A DNA stretch of 64,000 nt from a virus, in the IMG/VR virus record IMGVR_UViG_3300005542_000007, positions 64,001-128,000 of that record; one strand, given 5' to 3'. Position numbers and translations under genes: made by a program. The stretch's first letter is position 1. The number at the start of each line of letters is the position of its first letter. Below the pieces are notes generated by a model. The model searched no databases. It worked only from the letters and a program-made list of their open reading frames with translations, and was not told the DNA's origin. Of this stretch, positions 8,272 to 17,329 are shown piece after piece.

Positions 8272-10785
8272 ATGCCTTCTCCCACTTGGACATTTACTGG
8301 TTCTTTACCCAACACACCTAGATCGGGATTTGGATACTCTGTTCTACAAAATGGAAAAGTATTGATTGCTGGAGGAGATTCTCCTTTTTCTTCTCCAACC
8401 GCTTTACCCAATGCTACTCTATATGATCCCATGACGGGAATATGGACAGACACCGGATTTTTAAATACGGCTAGACGAGATGTAATGTCAGTTACTTTAC
8501 AAAATGGTAAAGTACTTATTGTGAGTGGAGCAGATACTTCAAATACTCCTTTAACTTCCTGTGAACTATACGATCCTACCGCCGCTACTTGGACATTTAC
8601 TGGTTCATTAAGTGTTCCAAGACAGGGTATTATACCAGTTTTATTGTCCAATGGAAAAGTATTAGTTACTTGTGGAAATGATGGTGGTTCTGTTCTTTCA
8701 ACTGCGGAAATCTACGATCCTGTAGCAGGTACGTGGAGTATTACTACTGGCGCTCCAATTCATTCACGATCAGGGTATAGCGCAGTTGTATTGGGCAATG
8801 GTAAAGTACTTATTGCTGGTGGAGAATCTCCTATAGGCACAAGTCTTTCAACTTGTGAACTATATGATCCAACGACTGATACTTTTTCCACGACGGGAAG
8901 TATGGCATTCCCACATGCAAATTTAGAAGTGGGCGATAACGATTGTTGTTTATTGCAGGATGGTACTGCATTGTGGGCAGGTGGTATTTCATCTGCTGGA
9001 ACTACTGCTGCGAAAACATCAGAAGTGTATGATCCAGTAGCAGGTACATGGGGACATACCGCGCTCATGGCCTCAATGCATGATGGTAGTATTCCTATAG
9101 TTTTGGGAAATGGGTTGGTTTTATTAGCAACTGGACATTCGTATCCACCCGTTTCCACTACAGAGTTGTATGATCCAATTGCAGTATCGTGGTCTATCAC
9201 TACCTCACCAAATACCCCACGAGTGTACGCAGCGTTTATTAGATTATCATCCAATATTGTTTTGATGGCTGCTGGAGATAATGCATTTTCTAGCGATTTA
9301 GTTACAGCCGAGTTATTTAATTATGGAGGAGTTATTATGGGAACACTTTATTCAGTCGATGGAACAACAGGAAATATAGTTACAGCAGGAAGTATAACTG
9401 CTGCTGGTGGAATTACTTCAAATACTACAACATCTGGTTTTCTTCTTCCACGATTAACCACTACGCAAAGAAATGCTATAGTTTCTCCCACTACGGGGTT
9501 AGAGATTTTCAATACAACAACTAATGAAATTGAATTTTATAATGGGACAATTTGGACAGCGGTGGGTGGCGGAACGCCAGGATCTACTAGTGGAGCAGTG
9601 CAATTTAATGCGTCTGGTTCTCTTGGTGGCGATGCAGCTAAGTTTTTCTGGGATGACACAAATTTTAGACTTGGGATTGGTACCAATACTCCAGCAGTAT
9701 CTTTGGATGTGGTCGGGGATATTTCTACTACCACAAAGCTTAATACGAATGAAGTAAAAGGTAAAACTACTGGATCTTTAGCATTACAGCCTTTTGACAA
9801 TTCTTCTTTTGTAAAAGTTCAAACATCAGATGGAACTGTGGATATTATTTCAATAAATTCCTCAGACAGCAATCCAGTAGTAAAACTTAATAGTGTTCCT
9901 TCTGTTACATTGGATGTTCCTGTCATCACTAGTACTGGTGATAACCTTAATATTAATGCGGGGCTTGCACATATATTCATAAAAGATAGTGTAAATAATA
10001 CGGTTATTACTGTTAATGTCGGCGGTTCCCTAGGTTCTCCAGTACCAGTTATTTTTAATACTGCTCTAGATATGAGTACCAGCAATAAAATTATTCATCT
10101 TGCTGATCCTACAGCAGCACAAGATGCCGCCACAAAGAATTATGTTGACACAAATTTCTTGATGCTTACTGGCGGTACACTAACGGGAAATTTAACACTT
10201 GCTAATGAACACGCGGTTTTATTTCAAGATACTGGATCTAATACGGTCACTTTAGAAGCTCCTACTACTATTACTTCCTCATATACTCTTAAATTGCCCA
10301 TTGCTCAAAGCAGTGGATCGCAAGTTCTAACAAATGATGGTTCTGGTAATTTAAGTTGGACAACTAGTGGCGGGAGCAGTTCACTCAATTTAGTTTATGC
10401 TAATGCTACTGGCGAGGTAATTGTTTCGACTGGAACAGATACATTCATTGATCTTCAAGCTACAATTACTCCTTCATCAAACACTAAGAAAGTATTGGTC
10501 CGAGCCGTGGTTATGTGCGCTATTATCGATGCTGGGGCTGTTTACTTCGATTTCAAAATATCGAGAGATGGTGGTGTCACATTTGTGTATGTTGCTGATA
10601 GGATTATTGGTGATGTAGCTTCTACTGGTCAAATCGCAAATACGGCTGTAATTGAATGGCTCGATTCTCCGGCTACATCTTCTCCAGTCACTTACGGTAT
10701 TTATGCTAGGTCAGAGGGTAGTGGCATAAGATTGGATATTAATAGTGGAAATAATGCCAGCAGTATCACATTGATGGAAGTATAA
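8272..10785 (+). CDS. Kelch beta-propeller fused to a fibre-like virion protein
   Basis: Six repeats of the type L.NGKVLI.GG...ELYDP..GTW; then fibre motifs (LPRLTTTQRNAI, ADPTAAQDAATKNYVD). Confidence 0.8.
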   Translation: MPSPTWTFTGSLPNTPRSGFGYSVLQNGKVLIAGGDSPFSSPTALPNATLYDPMTGIWTDTGFLNTARRDVMSVTLQNGKVLIVSGADTSNTPLTSCELYDPTAATWTFTGSLSVPRQGIIPVLLSNGKVLVTCGNDGGSVLSTAEIYDPVAGTWSITTGAPIHSRSGYSAVVLGNGKVLIAGGESPIGTSLSTCELYDPTTDTFSTTGSMAFPHANLEVGDNDCCLLQDGTALWAGGISSAGTTAAKTSEVYDPVAGTWGHTALMASMHDGSIPIVLGNGLVLLATGHSYPPVSTTELYDPIAVSWSITTSPNTPRVYAAFIRLSSNIVLMAAGDNAFSSDLVTAELFNYGGVIMGTLYSVDGTTGNIVTAGSITAAGGITSNTTTSGFLLPRLTTTQRNAIVSPTTGLEIFNTTTNEIEFYNGTIWTAVGGGTPGSTSGAVQFNASGSLGGDAAKFFWDDTNFRLGIGTNTPAVSLDVVGDISTTTKLNTNEVKGKTTGSLALQPFDNSSFVKVQTSDGTVDIISINSSDSNPVVKLNSVPSVTLDVPVITSTGDNLNINAGLAHIFIKDSVNNTVITVNVGGSLGSPVPVIFNTALDMSTSNKIIHLADPTAAQDAATKNYVDTNFLMLTGGTLTGNLTLANEHAVLFQDTGSNTVTLEAPTTITSSYTLKLPIAQSSGSQVLTNDGSGNLSWTTSGGSSSLNLVYANATGEVIVSTGTDTFIDLQATITPSSNTKKVLVRAVVMCAIIDAGAVYFDFKISRDGGVTFVYVADRIIGDVASTGQIANTAVIEWLDSPATSSPVTYGIYARSEGSGIRLDINSGNNASSITLMEV

Positions 10786-10826
10786 AATAAGTTTATTAAG
10801 AGAGGTATATTCCAATCGGACACATA

Positions 10827-11414
10827 ATGGAAATTTTGCCTGACGTTACTAACAATGGGCCAACCAATTTTGAATATTATTTTACTTCTATTCGAGATAG
10901 GTTGAAATGGTTGAGTGCTGCTGGACACGAAAGAGTATTGCTTTTGAAACGTAGATATGATGGTCAGCTTTGTCCATTTACCTCTACTGTTCGGCATTCC
11001 AGTCAGCAACACGTTCAAGATACTATTTGCTACGGGACAAATTTTATCAATCCAAATGTGAACTTGGCAAATACTCCAGGATTTAATTCTGCCAGTGCTA
11101 CGTCAGTAGCTCTTCCAGATGGCTTGGGTGGGTATTATCATTCCATAGAAATTACTGCAAGTTTGATGGCTGGCGGATACAATAATGTGAATGATAAAGA
11201 TGTAGGTTGGAAACGAGAATACACACCCAGGTCTTGGACACTTTGGGAACCCACATTGGAAAAGGGTGATGTAATTGTTCGTCGAAATGGACAAAGATTT
11301 ATGATTACCCAAGTGGATCAGTGTAGGTGGAGACATTTTGTTACCCACCAAAAGTTTGATATCACGCTTTTAGAAACTAATCATCCAGTTTATCAACTTC
11401 CTTTAGGATTATAA
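10827..11414 (+). CDS. Putative neck/head-closure protein
   Basis: WTLWEPTLEKGDVIVRRNGQRFMITQV motif; position before terminator and sheath. Confidence 0.55.
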   Translation: MEILPDVTNNGPTNFEYYFTSIRDRLKWLSAAGHERVLLLKRRYDGQLCPFTSTVRHSSQQHVQDTICYGTNFINPNVNLANTPGFNSASATSVALPDGLGGYYHSIEITASLMAGGYNNVNDKDVGWKREYTPRSWTLWEPTLEKGDVIVRRNGQRFMITQVDQCRWRHFVTHQKFDITLLETNHPVYQLPLGL

Positions 11415-11415
11415 A

Positions 11416-12414
11416 ATGGGATACACGCCCGACTATGTTGTAAGGTCACAGATTATCACGAAGATTCGTGATCAAGTTATTAATAACATTCGTAGGCTTC
11501 TCTCTACGGACCCAAAATATACTTACGTAGAACTTCCTAGTGGAGAGTATGATTTTACCAACACAAAAGTAATTATCTCGGATATTTTTCCCCAGGATCA
11601 TGCATTTTATCCTGCTATTGTTGTTGAAAATATAAGTGGCGCTGAAACTCGTTATTTGGGCCCAGAATCGGAATATATACCAAAAAGCTTGCCTCCTTCA
11701 GCAGAAGATAATACAACGTCCACACCTTTCAATGTCACAGCGGTGATAGATTCCACACATTTAGGTGTTAGTTCGTTGACAGGTCTTAATATTGGCGATG
11801 TTATTATGCAAGGAATAAATACCACAACCATTGCTTTTGTAGGTCTGCCCATTACGATTTCAAGTGTGCCGGATTCCACTCATATAGTTGTTTCTTCTAT
11901 AGCAGGAATTAAAATTGGAGATACAATTGTTCAAGGCGTACATACCACGACCGTTCAAGCCGTAGGAACAAATTCGGGCCCAAATTATGTACAGGTGGCA
12001 AGCTCTTCTGGTTTTGTGGTGGGAACCGCGTATGATACAAATGTTCCTCAGATTACAGTTGGTAGCACATCTGGATGGGCAGTAACAACAACCAATCTAG
12101 CCGGAAATGAATTGTTGTTTTCTAGCATTGTTTCAACCGTAACAATCAATATTTATACAATCGATGATTCGATCCAGAGAGATGAAATTACTGATTTGCT
12201 TTACAACAATTTTAAATACACTACAACGGATTTAGCTAATTTTGGTATAGAAATAATCAAAACGTCATTCCCAACATTCGCTTCTGCGTACAATGAGGGG
12301 AGATGGTTCTTTTCAGGTAAGCTTGTAATGGATGTTTACAGTGAGTGGAATGGTGTGGTAGCACCCGCTGTGAATATAACAGCTAACAATGTTTCTGTAA
12401 GTTTAAGTGAATAA
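11416..12414 (+). CDS. Putative tail terminator/completion protein with inserted beta modules
   Basis: YPAIVV...TINIYT.DD..QRDEITDLL; directly upstream of sheath. Confidence 0.55.
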   Translation: MGYTPDYVVRSQIITKIRDQVINNIRRLLSTDPKYTYVELPSGEYDFTNTKVIISDIFPQDHAFYPAIVVENISGAETRYLGPESEYIPKSLPPSAEDNTTSTPFNVTAVIDSTHLGVSSLTGLNIGDVIMQGINTTTIAFVGLPITISSVPDSTHIVVSSIAGIKIGDTIVQGVHTTTVQAVGTNSGPNYVQVASSSGFVVGTAYDTNVPQITVGSTSGWAVTTTNLAGNELLFSSIVSTVTINIYTIDDSIQRDEITDLLYNNFKYTTTDLANFGIEIIKTSFPTFASAYNEGRWFFSGKLVMDVYSEWNGVVAPAVNITANNVSVSLSE

Positions 12415-12420
12415 AAAACC

Positions 12421-12465
12421 CCTTAAAAATATAATAAATTGTGGTATTATTAGGGAGTACCATAC
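12421..12465 (+). promoter_or_regulatory. 45-nt element upstream of sheath gene, repeated at 59782
   Basis: CCTTAAAAATATAATAAATTGTGGTATTATTAGGGAGTACCATAC, 40/45 identical to 59782-59826; contains TGnTATTAT. Confidence 0.6.
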
Positions 12466-12527
12466 CTACGTAATTTTACACAGTATTAAACTCGATTTAA
12501 GTAATTTAAGTTAAGGAGATTACCCAA

Positions 12528-15458
12528 ATGCCTTCTATCAATAATCAACCAGTTTTACCCGGAGTATTCACGCAGGTACAACAGCAATTGCTCCCCTCAG
12601 TTACGGGCGGAATTCGTGTAGCCGCTTATATTGGAACTGGGCGTTTAACAAATTTAGTAACAGGTGAAGCCGTTACTCGCGGTAGCGGAAATGACGACGC
12701 TCTTTCTCATACCGCAGTTGCATTAGATGGAACAACCATTACAGATCAAAATTTCGCCACGTATGAATCAGGTGTGGATTATTCCTCAACCCCGGTTTCT
12801 GGTGGAATGGCATGGCTTACTGGTGTTACTTCTTTAACAGGTACCACACATGATCCTTATGCAAGTCTTAGTGGATTAAATTTTCAATTGCGTATTGCTA
12901 ATGGGGCTATTCAAACCATTCCTTTTACCACAGAAACTACAGCAGCGCAAGTCGCGGCAACTTTGAATTCATCTATGACTGGAGCCGTTGCTTCAACCAC
13001 TCCATCTACTCATGCTACTGGAATCGTTACAGTTGTAGATTATACAAAATTATCTTTAGCTTCCGCTAAAGGTACAGCCACAGTCGTAGATTATACAATG
13101 CTTGCTGGGGCTGTTCTTACAATTCATGGCCACGCTCTAACCGAAGGTGTTGAATGGACAGCAGCTACAAGTAATTCAGCTACTGCTACAAGTTTAGCAT
13201 CTGCTATTACTACGGCCACAGCAACAACTCTTTCTACTGGATCTGCTTTAGGAGCCGTAGTTACAATTACGGCCAATACCGCTGGTGCAGTAGGAAATAC
13301 AATTACTTTGACTACATCCGATGCGGTCCATCTTCCAGTTTCTGGAGCAACTTTAACTGGTGGACAAAATAATGCAATTTTAACGGTTAATGGTATTTCT
13401 CTTACCCAAGGAACACAATGGACAGCGGCTACGAATAATAACGCCACTGCTACTTCATTAGCAAATGCTATTACAACTGCTACGGCCACAACTCTTTCTA
13501 CTGGATCTGCTGTTGGCAATGTTATTACAGTAACCGCAAATGCAGCAGGGCCTTCTGGAGATAATATTACTTTAACCACATCTAATTCTACTTATCTTCC
13601 AGTTTCTGGTGTTAGTTCTTCTAATCCATATCTTGCTACATCAGCAACGTATGCCGTTCTAGGAGATACTGCCGTTACAAACACAGGAAACACAGTACTT
13701 ACTGGAGACTTGGGCGTTTCTCCTGGAAGTAGCATTACGGGTTTTCCTCCAGGTACATTTTCTGGTTCTCTTCATCAAGGTGATGCTGCTGCTGCACAAG
13801 CTCATACTGATGCTACTTCTGCTGCAACTACGTTGCAAGCAACAGGTCCAGGAACTGATATTACTTCAACAGACTTAGGTGGTTTTGTTGCAACACCTGG
13901 AACGTATTCAGCAGCCGCAGCAGGAACATGGTCTGCCGGAAACCTTACACTCAATGGTGCAGGTACTTATATATTCTTGTTTGGTACAAGTCTTACAATG
14001 CCAGCCGCCGCAAGTGTAATATTAGAAAATGGTGCCACTGCTAATAACGTTTACTTCGTAACAGGTACAACCTTTACATTTGGTGCCAATGATACCGTTA
14101 ATGGAACTATTCTAGCAGGTACATCCATTACTTTTGCAGCTTCTTCAGTATTGAATGGTAGAGCTTTAGTTTATGGTCCCAGTGGAACAACCGTTACATT
14201 TCCAAGTGCTGGTACTGTTACTGTTCCGGCCAGTTCGACTTTATCAGGTGGAGATAATTCACTTGTAATTACAACAACTGCTTCATTTAATTCTTCTATT
14301 TCAATTGAAAACGGAACGGCAAATTCTATTCTTGGATTTGTTGCGGGTTCATTAGTTTCTACTCCACAACGTCCAGCCCTAGGTGTTGTTTACTTTGTAA
14401 ATTATGAATGGGCTAAGGCTGTAGGTGATGGACAGAATTCTTTTGAGCCACAGTTTTTCTTTCTACAGAATTTTAGTTCAGTTACAAATGCTGTGGGAAC
14501 TGTTGGCGGAGGAGATTCTCAGACAGCTAATATGGGAGGCGCTTGGACTCTTCCAATTGCTGCTCAATTGGCACAAGAAAACGGAGCAAGCATTGTATGT
14601 TTAATGCAAATGAATCCTGTTGATGGTGCCAATGCTTCTCAGGTTCGTGCAGCCCTTACGAAGCTTCTAATTCCAAATATTAATATTGTTGTTTCTTTGG
14701 ATGCAGCAGACAATGCAATGCTAATTCCAGATATTACGAACCACGTCATTACTGCCTCAAGCACAATTAATCGATTAGAGAGAACGGCATTTATTGGTTT
14801 TTCTCGCCTATCAAATCCTAGCGATACAACAATGCTTGGATATGCAACGGCAGCTTCCAGCAATCGTGTTGTTGTTGTGAATCAAACGAATACAACTTAT
14901 TCCATGTTCATTGGGACAAACACAACAGCTTCAACTGTAGATGGTACAATGATGGCTTCTGCACTTGCTGCTCTTCGAACAAATCCAGCATTTGACGTTG
15001 CCCAGCCTCTTACTCGTGAAGTGGTTTCAGGAATTGCAACAACTAATACTTTGGCACAATCTGAAAAAGTTATTCTTTCCAATAACGGCGTACTGATTGT
15101 GGATAATATTTCTGGTTCGCCAAAGGTTGTATTTGGTACAACAACGGCATTTGATACTATTCTAAATCAACTTTATCAGGTGACAGAGATTGCAGATTAT
15201 TGTACTCAAACTATTCGTGGTCTTCTAGATCCTATTTTTATCGGACAGAAATTGCTGGCAAATACACCTTCACAGGTTGAAACTGTGACTTCCGCAATTT
15301 TGTCAGATATTGAATCTAGTAACATCATTGAATCATTTACACAACCAATCGCAACAGTAAACCCACTACAACCAACACAGATTTTGGTGAATGTGGGCGT
15401 ACAGCCCGTATTGGAATTGGATACAATCTTAATCACATTAGGTTTGAATTTAGCCTAA
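12528..15458 (+). CDS. Contractile tail sheath protein with inserted DUF3494 ice-binding-like domain
   Basis: N-terminal PGVFTQ and C-terminal sheath motifs (IADY...FIGQK...VGVQPVLELDTILITL); DUF3494 signature at ~13623-14228. Confidence 0.85.
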   Translation: MPSINNQPVLPGVFTQVQQQLLPSVTGGIRVAAYIGTGRLTNLVTGEAVTRGSGNDDALSHTAVALDGTTITDQNFATYESGVDYSSTPVSGGMAWLTGVTSLTGTTHDPYASLSGLNFQLRIANGAIQTIPFTTETTAAQVAATLNSSMTGAVASTTPSTHATGIVTVVDYTKLSLASAKGTATVVDYTMLAGAVLTIHGHALTEGVEWTAATSNSATATSLASAITTATATTLSTGSALGAVVTITANTAGAVGNTITLTTSDAVHLPVSGATLTGGQNNAILTVNGISLTQGTQWTAATNNNATATSLANAITTATATTLSTGSAVGNVITVTANAAGPSGDNITLTTSNSTYLPVSGVSSSNPYLATSATYAVLGDTAVTNTGNTVLTGDLGVSPGSSITGFPPGTFSGSLHQGDAAAAQAHTDATSAATTLQATGPGTDITSTDLGGFVATPGTYSAAAAGTWSAGNLTLNGAGTYIFLFGTSLTMPAAASVILENGATANNVYFVTGTTFTFGANDTVNGTILAGTSITFAASSVLNGRALVYGPSGTTVTFPSAGTVTVPASSTLSGGDNSLVITTTASFNSSISIENGTANSILGFVAGSLVSTPQRPALGVVYFVNYEWAKAVGDGQNSFEPQFFFLQNFSSVTNAVGTVGGGDSQTANMGGAWTLPIAAQLAQENGASIVCLMQMNPVDGANASQVRAALTKLLIPNINIVVSLDAADNAMLIPDITNHVITASSTINRLERTAFIGFSRLSNPSDTTMLGYATAASSNRVVVVNQTNTTYSMFIGTNTTASTVDGTMMASALAALRTNPAFDVAQPLTREVVSGIATTNTLAQSEKVILSNNGVLIVDNISGSPKVVFGTTTAFDTILNQLYQVTEIADYCTQTIRGLLDPIFIGQKLLANTPSQVETVTSAILSDIESSNIIESFTQPIATVNPLQPTQILVNVGVQPVLELDTILITLGLNLA
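13623..14228 (+). repeat. DUF3494 ice-binding-like domain, copy 1 (in sheath)
   Basis: YAVLGDTAVTNTGNTVLTGDLGVSPGSSITGFPPG...NVYF...GTILAGTSIT...NGRAL. Confidence 0.85.
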
Positions 15459-15499
15459 TAATAGATAGAATTTAACAAAGAAATTTAAGGAGAATCACA

Positions 15500-16030
15500 A
15501 TGGCCCAGCTAGGTGATACACAAGCACGATTAAGTACATCAGTTTCACTTTTTCTTTTACCACAGAGTTTAAATGCTACCACATTAAATAATCCTGCGGC
15601 TCTTCTTTCATTGGCGCAGCAATCTACTAAGATTGGTGCTGTGCAATCATTTACCCAAACTCAACGTCGAAATACAGATTTTCGATTTGAGTTGGATTCT
15701 GATCAGCAAGGCAAGCCCGTTGAAAGATTGCCTCGTACAGTGGATGAATACAGCCTTCACGCGGATCGTGTGATGTTGTATTTGTCAGATGCTCTGGAAG
15801 AGTTGGGAATTTCTGGTGACGACATTGTAAACAACAATGCTCCAATTGGTATTTTGAAACAGGAAATTGCACCCGCAGGTTCAACGGCTCCTACAAAGAG
15901 TACGATATTCACTGGTGTTTGGATTCATTCCGTTTCTGCCACATACAACATTGCTGGTGGAGACCTAAGAGTTCTAGAGGGCGTTGATTTCGGATACACT
16001 TCGTCCACAGTCGTTGGAGAGCCAGCCTAA
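15500..16030 (+). CDS. Tail tube protein
   Basis: 176 aa immediately after sheath; IGAVQSF...R...FEL...FTGVWI pattern. Confidence 0.7.
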   Translation: MAQLGDTQARLSTSVSLFLLPQSLNATTLNNPAALLSLAQQSTKIGAVQSFTQTQRRNTDFRFELDSDQQGKPVERLPRTVDEYSLHADRVMLYLSDALEELGISGDDIVNNNAPIGILKQEIAPAGSTAPTKSTIFTGVWIHSVSATYNIAGGDLRVLEGVDFGYTSSTVVGEPA

Positions 16031-16056
16031 GAAGCATCAGCAACAAGAGGATAATA

Positions 16057-16263
16057 ATGTCTAAAGAAATACAGTATTGTTTAAACTGTGATGGATATAC
16101 CCTTCTTGAAGAAGATGATTACGATTTTTGTAAGAAGTGTCAAATTGAGACATTGCAAAATAGAGTGAACATTAATAAACAATTAGCGGATTACCTCATA
16201 CAACAAATTCCAGAATCTAATCGAGAGCAGGTTGCAAAAGCAGCGTGGGCCAGCATTAAGTAA
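16057..16263 (+). CDS. Small Zn-finger protein
   Basis: CLNC...CKKC; GAGGA RBS. Confidence 0.5.
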   Translation: MSKEIQYCLNCDGYTLLEEDDYDFCKKCQIETLQNRVNINKQLADYLIQQIPESNREQVAKAAWASIK

Positions 16264-16292
16264 AAAAGATAAGAGAGTAAAGGAGTCATAAA

Positions 16293-16646
16293 ATGGACTT
16301 GAAAAGTTTCTCAGCATTGAATCGTATTGAGAAAGAATTTGAGATTGTAAAAGACTTGAAAGTATCGATGCATACACTTTCGGTATTGCAACAGCAGCAA
16401 GCATTGTCTGAATTGATTGTTTCTCCAGCCGGACAAGATCCAGCACTTCGCGCTGTGGTTCTTCAGCAAGCTTTACTTGTTTATGCCTTGGATACAATCA
16501 ACGGTGTAAAAGTTACGTTGCAAGAAGCAAAAGACTTTATTCAAAATTTACAAGCTCCAGTTTTCAATGAAATTTATAATTGTTATGATTTGATGGCCCA
16601 AGAACAAGACGCCATCCTAACCGAACTTAAAAAAAAACTTCCCTAA
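16293..16646 (+). CDS. Tail assembly chaperone (G-type)
   Basis: Lies between tube and tape measure; ends in an A9 slippery run. Confidence 0.7.
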   Translation: MDLKSFSALNRIEKEFEIVKDLKVSMHTLSVLQQQQALSELIVSPAGQDPALRAVVLQQALLVYALDTINGVKVTLQEAKDFIQNLQAPVFNEIYNCYDLMAQEQDAILTELKKKLP

Positions 16647-17002
16647 CCGAGTCAGTTCCCTTCCGTGAGCTTTGGGTCGTATCCAAAGCTCTGCATGTAT
16701 CTCCCTTCTCTGAAACCATCTCGAATCTCTCTCAAGCCGAATTTATGTGGGTTTTAATGAACCATCTCCGTGATGAAAAGGAAGAATGGGAAAAACAGGA
16801 ACTTCTCTGTACGTTCATCAATCCCCAGGTCGCTTCTGCCTTATTTGGCAAGAAAGACGTGGAAACGACCGTGAGCACCGAAGATGTGATATTTACGCAA
16901 ATTAGCGAGGATTTGAGGGGTAAATACACGCCTGAAGAGCTTGCTGAGATAATGAAGAACCCCAAACACTACAGTGAATTAGATAGAATTGAGAAGGTTT
17001 AA
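16293..17002 (+). CDS. Tail assembly chaperone GT-type -1 frameshift product
   Basis: -1 frame is open from 16631 (KKTSLTESVPFRELWVV...AEFMWVLMNH...) to the stop at 17002. Confidence 0.75.
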
Positions 17003-17034
17003 ATTCGACTCTATTTTTAGAGCAAAAATAGCCC

Positions 17035-17063
17035 TTGACAAACTCCTCCACTTCTGTTACACT
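17035..17063 (+). promoter_or_regulatory. sigma70-type promoter
   Basis: TTGACA-17 nt-TACACT. Confidence 0.7.
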
Positions 17064-17088
17064 AATAATGAAAGGGAGGTATAATCAA

Positions 17089-17244
17089 ATGATCGCGCTA
17101 GTAATTTTAATCGTAGCTTGTGCGTTTGTTTTTGGCAGTATCGGAAGTTTACTTAATTTAGATAGCCGTGATATAAGTACGTTAATGACATGGGGCTCAA
17201 CAATAGTTATTTGCTCTTTACTTATCTATCTTGGTTTTAATTAA
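17089..17244 (+). CDS. Small two-helix membrane protein (moron-like)
   Basis: GGGAGGT RBS, ATG 17089, two hydrophobic segments, own promoter. Confidence 0.6.
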   Translation: MIALVILIVACAFVFGSIGSLLNLDSRDISTLMTWGSTIVICSLLIYLGFN

Positions 17245-17329
17245 AATAAATAGTAATTTTGTATTGAAGTTTTTATAGCAGCCACTTTGTAGTTCCAACC
17301 TAACGTAGTATAATTCCGAGGATATTCCA

